From Takakia lepidozioides (Eukaryota > Plantae > Bryophyta): 64,000 nucleotides of DNA. The stretch's first letter is position 1; every line of letters begins with the position of its first letter. The notes under the pieces were generated by a model that did not search any database, had not been told where the DNA came from, and saw nothing but the letters and a program-made list of their open reading frames with translations. A program made the position numbers and the translations under genes. Below, one piece after another: positions 61,659 through 64,000 of this stretch. The DNA is taken from assembly GCA_030704615.1 (NCBI GenBank), contig CM060732.1, positions 3,410,001 to 3,474,000 on the forward strand. Direction: 5' to 3'.

Positions 61659-62643
61659 AAAGTCTATGTAGGCATTGGAGCAACTCTTTCTCCCTTACAT
61701 TCTGTTTTTCTGACCAGGAGGAAGACAAAATAAGAGATTTAATTGGGATGTCTTTGCATTTTGTCTTTGTGGAAGGCTAGGGTAAGCTTACTCAGACCTG
61801 TTTAGAATGTCAACCGAAATGAAGTTTATTCTTTTGTCAGAAACGTTTTCCTTACTCCACAACTGATGCAGTCAGAGGTTGCCAGAAAATTCTATGGATA
61901 GTTAGTGTCACAATTGTGTTGAATCATGTCTGTTTTCCATTTCTTACTCCAACGAGCATAACATGTGTGCTCATTGACATCATATTGTCATAAGCTATGA
62001 TTGCATGGTAGAAAAACTTGGAGATTCGCAGAAGCTTGGTAGTGTCGCCTTACTTGTTTTGCTAAGATGGCTTCCCAAAGATTGCAGTGGGAACCTTTTC
62101 AGATTATATTAAAACTTGGAAGGGTTTGTGCATGCCTCAAGGCACATGCCCGGGCTTTGCCATAATTTCTAGGACCTTTTTCTCTCACTTTTACAGTTGC
62201 ATTGTGTGGTCTAGGGTTTAAAAAGGTACTCATTCCTAGATGGCAATTGAGTCATAAGAAGAGTTCTGTACATTGATGCGGAGTTTCTGGATCTAGTTTC
62301 AGAGGAGTTATGGTAGACGTCAATATTTGAGGTGGGTTGCTGCTAATGTCTAGACATTAGCGAGAAAAATTGTTTTGTCTTTGAAGGGCAAAATCCATGA
62401 GGCCAAAAATCGAGCCCTTAATTACAACTAGGGTAGCCTGTGCCATTGGCCCAAGTGTCCAATATCATCTAAGTCCAAGTGCAACCCCTATATATTTAAG
62501 TGCGTCTCCTATGTGGAGGTCCATGTGTGAAGAATTGAGATCGATATACTAATAATAATAATATATGACGCCTCCCAAAAGGATGCTTAGATTATGGTGT
62601 CTCTTGACTGAGAAGGGCTACTTCCAGCAGGAAGGTGGACACC

Positions 62644-63473
62644 GGAGACCCATTAATCCATTCCCGGTGGATGAAAATGTGGTGCCGCATTTCCATCCAT
62701 AAGGATAATAAAGCGACCAAGGGGGTCGCCATCTGTCGGGTTCTCCTCCCCAGACCCATTCATCCATTCTCGATGGATGGAAATATGCCGCCACATTTCC
62801 ATCCAGAGGGATGATAAAGCGATCAAGGGGCCGCCACCTGTCGGCTTCTCCTCCCGAGACCCATTCATCCATTTTTGGTGGATGGAAATGCGGCATTGCA
62901 TTTCCATCCAGAGGGATGATAAAGCGACCAAGGGGGCCGTCACGTGTCGGCTTCTCCTCCGGAAACCCATTCATCCATTTTCAGTGGATGGAAATGCGGC
63001 GCCACATTTCCCATCCACAGGGATGATAAAGCCACCAAGGGGCCGTCACCTGTCGACTTCTCCTCCCGAGACCCATTCATCCATTCCCTCAAGATGGAAA
63101 TGCGGCGCCGCATTTCCATCCAGAGGGATGATAAAGCGACCAAGGGGCCCGTCACCTGTCGGCTTCTCCTACCGAGACCCATTCATCCATTTCCGGTGGA
63201 TAGAAATGCGGCGCCGCATTTCCATCTTGAGGGATGATAAAGTGACCATGGGGGCCGCCACCTGTCGGCTTCTCCTCCCGAGACCCATTCATCCATTCCC
63301 GGTGGATGGAAATGTGGGGCCGCATCAGAGGGATGATAAAGCTTCCGAAGGGGACCGCACCTGTCGGCTTATCCTCCGGAGGCGCATACATCCATCCACC
63401 GGGATCATAAAGCGACCAAGGGGCCCGCCATCTCTTGGCTTCTCCTCCCAAGACCCATTCATCCATTCCCGGT
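62644..63473. repeat. Tandem array of ~7.5 units with a 106-bp period, each carrying the element palindrome extended to ~32 bp
   Basis: Palindrome centres at 62683, 62789, 62894, 63000, 63106, 63212 and 63318. Consensus TGGATGGAAATGCGG-CG-CCGCATTTCCATCCA. The last units have deletions. Confidence 0.95.
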
Positions 63474-64000
63474 GTTGGAGTCCGTCTCCCACATCTGTTC
63501 CCTTAATATCAGAAATCACATTGTTTCGTGCAAACAGAAAATTGGTCGAGGATCGGATATGCAGTCGATTCTATAGGTTAAGCAACAATGTGGATATGAC
63601 TTCATTCACGGTAGACGGTTTCCATGACAAGGGTGTGAGACAGACCATTGTTTCATATTCAAAATGTCAAGTGTGGTCCTGGCAGCGGCGTGGATCTGGT
63701 CCGTCGGATGACAAGTGGCAACTTGTCAAACAGTTGGGTCATGTTCGACCATATCAAGCGTATTACAAATCACGAATGGGTGACAATGGGTGCACATGCC
63801 TAAGACTCCCACTGCAAAATGCTAATGATCATTGTCATTTGTGAGATGAAAAAAAAGGAACACAATCCGAGATGCATCTGTGGCAAGGAATAAACGAACA
63901 GATGGTCAGGGCAAGCCTTGTTTCCAAGGATTCATGGTGGATAAGGCACAAGCGAATTGGACTGCAGTGCGAAGGGTATAAGGGGAAGACCCGAATATTT
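63473..64000 (+). mobile_element. Frameshifted internal fragment of a second, diverged copy of the MULE-type transposase (runs off the window)
   Basis: Collinear with 6831-7365: LESVSHIC..NIRNHIVSCKQ, KMS.CGPGSGVDLV, GNLSNSWVMFDHI, TNHEWVTMGAH, SEMHLWQGINEQM and GFMVDKAQANW. Confidence 0.9.

Noticed and set aside
62777-63844. 355-aa ORF
   Set aside because: It is a chance read-through of the 106-bp array into mostly out-of-frame transposase remnant.

Overview
Eukaryotic, TE-rich genomic window from a land plant, probably a non-seed lineage (inference). I reconstructed three spliced host genes by hand. A Rab2/RABB GTPase lies at 17434-19878 (+, 6 exons, 211 aa). A 10-exon multi-pass membrane protein resembling the Arabidopsis At5g38380 'zinc transporter'-like family lies at 37030-56880 (-, ~350 aa) and has a U12-type AT-AC intron and a 14-kb LINE-filled intron. 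Head-to-head with it is a Nup50-like RanBD protein at 57135-61658 (+). The rest is mostly degenerate mobile DNA: a complete Ty3/gypsy LTR element, a pogo-type DD36D transposase, a MITE, PPR remnants and about nine copies or fragments of a single-ORF LINE whose ends sit in (TC)n tracts. The most striking feature is a composite element at ~1.5-9.9 kb. A pseudogenised ParB/Srx-like gene (-) and a Mutator-type transposase/SWIM gene (+) are transcribed divergently around an array of 28-bp palindromes (RACGGAAATGCGG-NN-CCGCATTTCCGTT) with a strict 53-bp period and variable 25-bp spacers. The same palindrome recurs at the right end of the window with a 106-bp (2x53) period, fused to a second, diverged copy of the same transposase. 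This suggests an undescribed transposon-borne ParB/parS-like (or CRISPR-like repeat-spacer) system. Protein family assignments are from motif recognition only; no searches were run.
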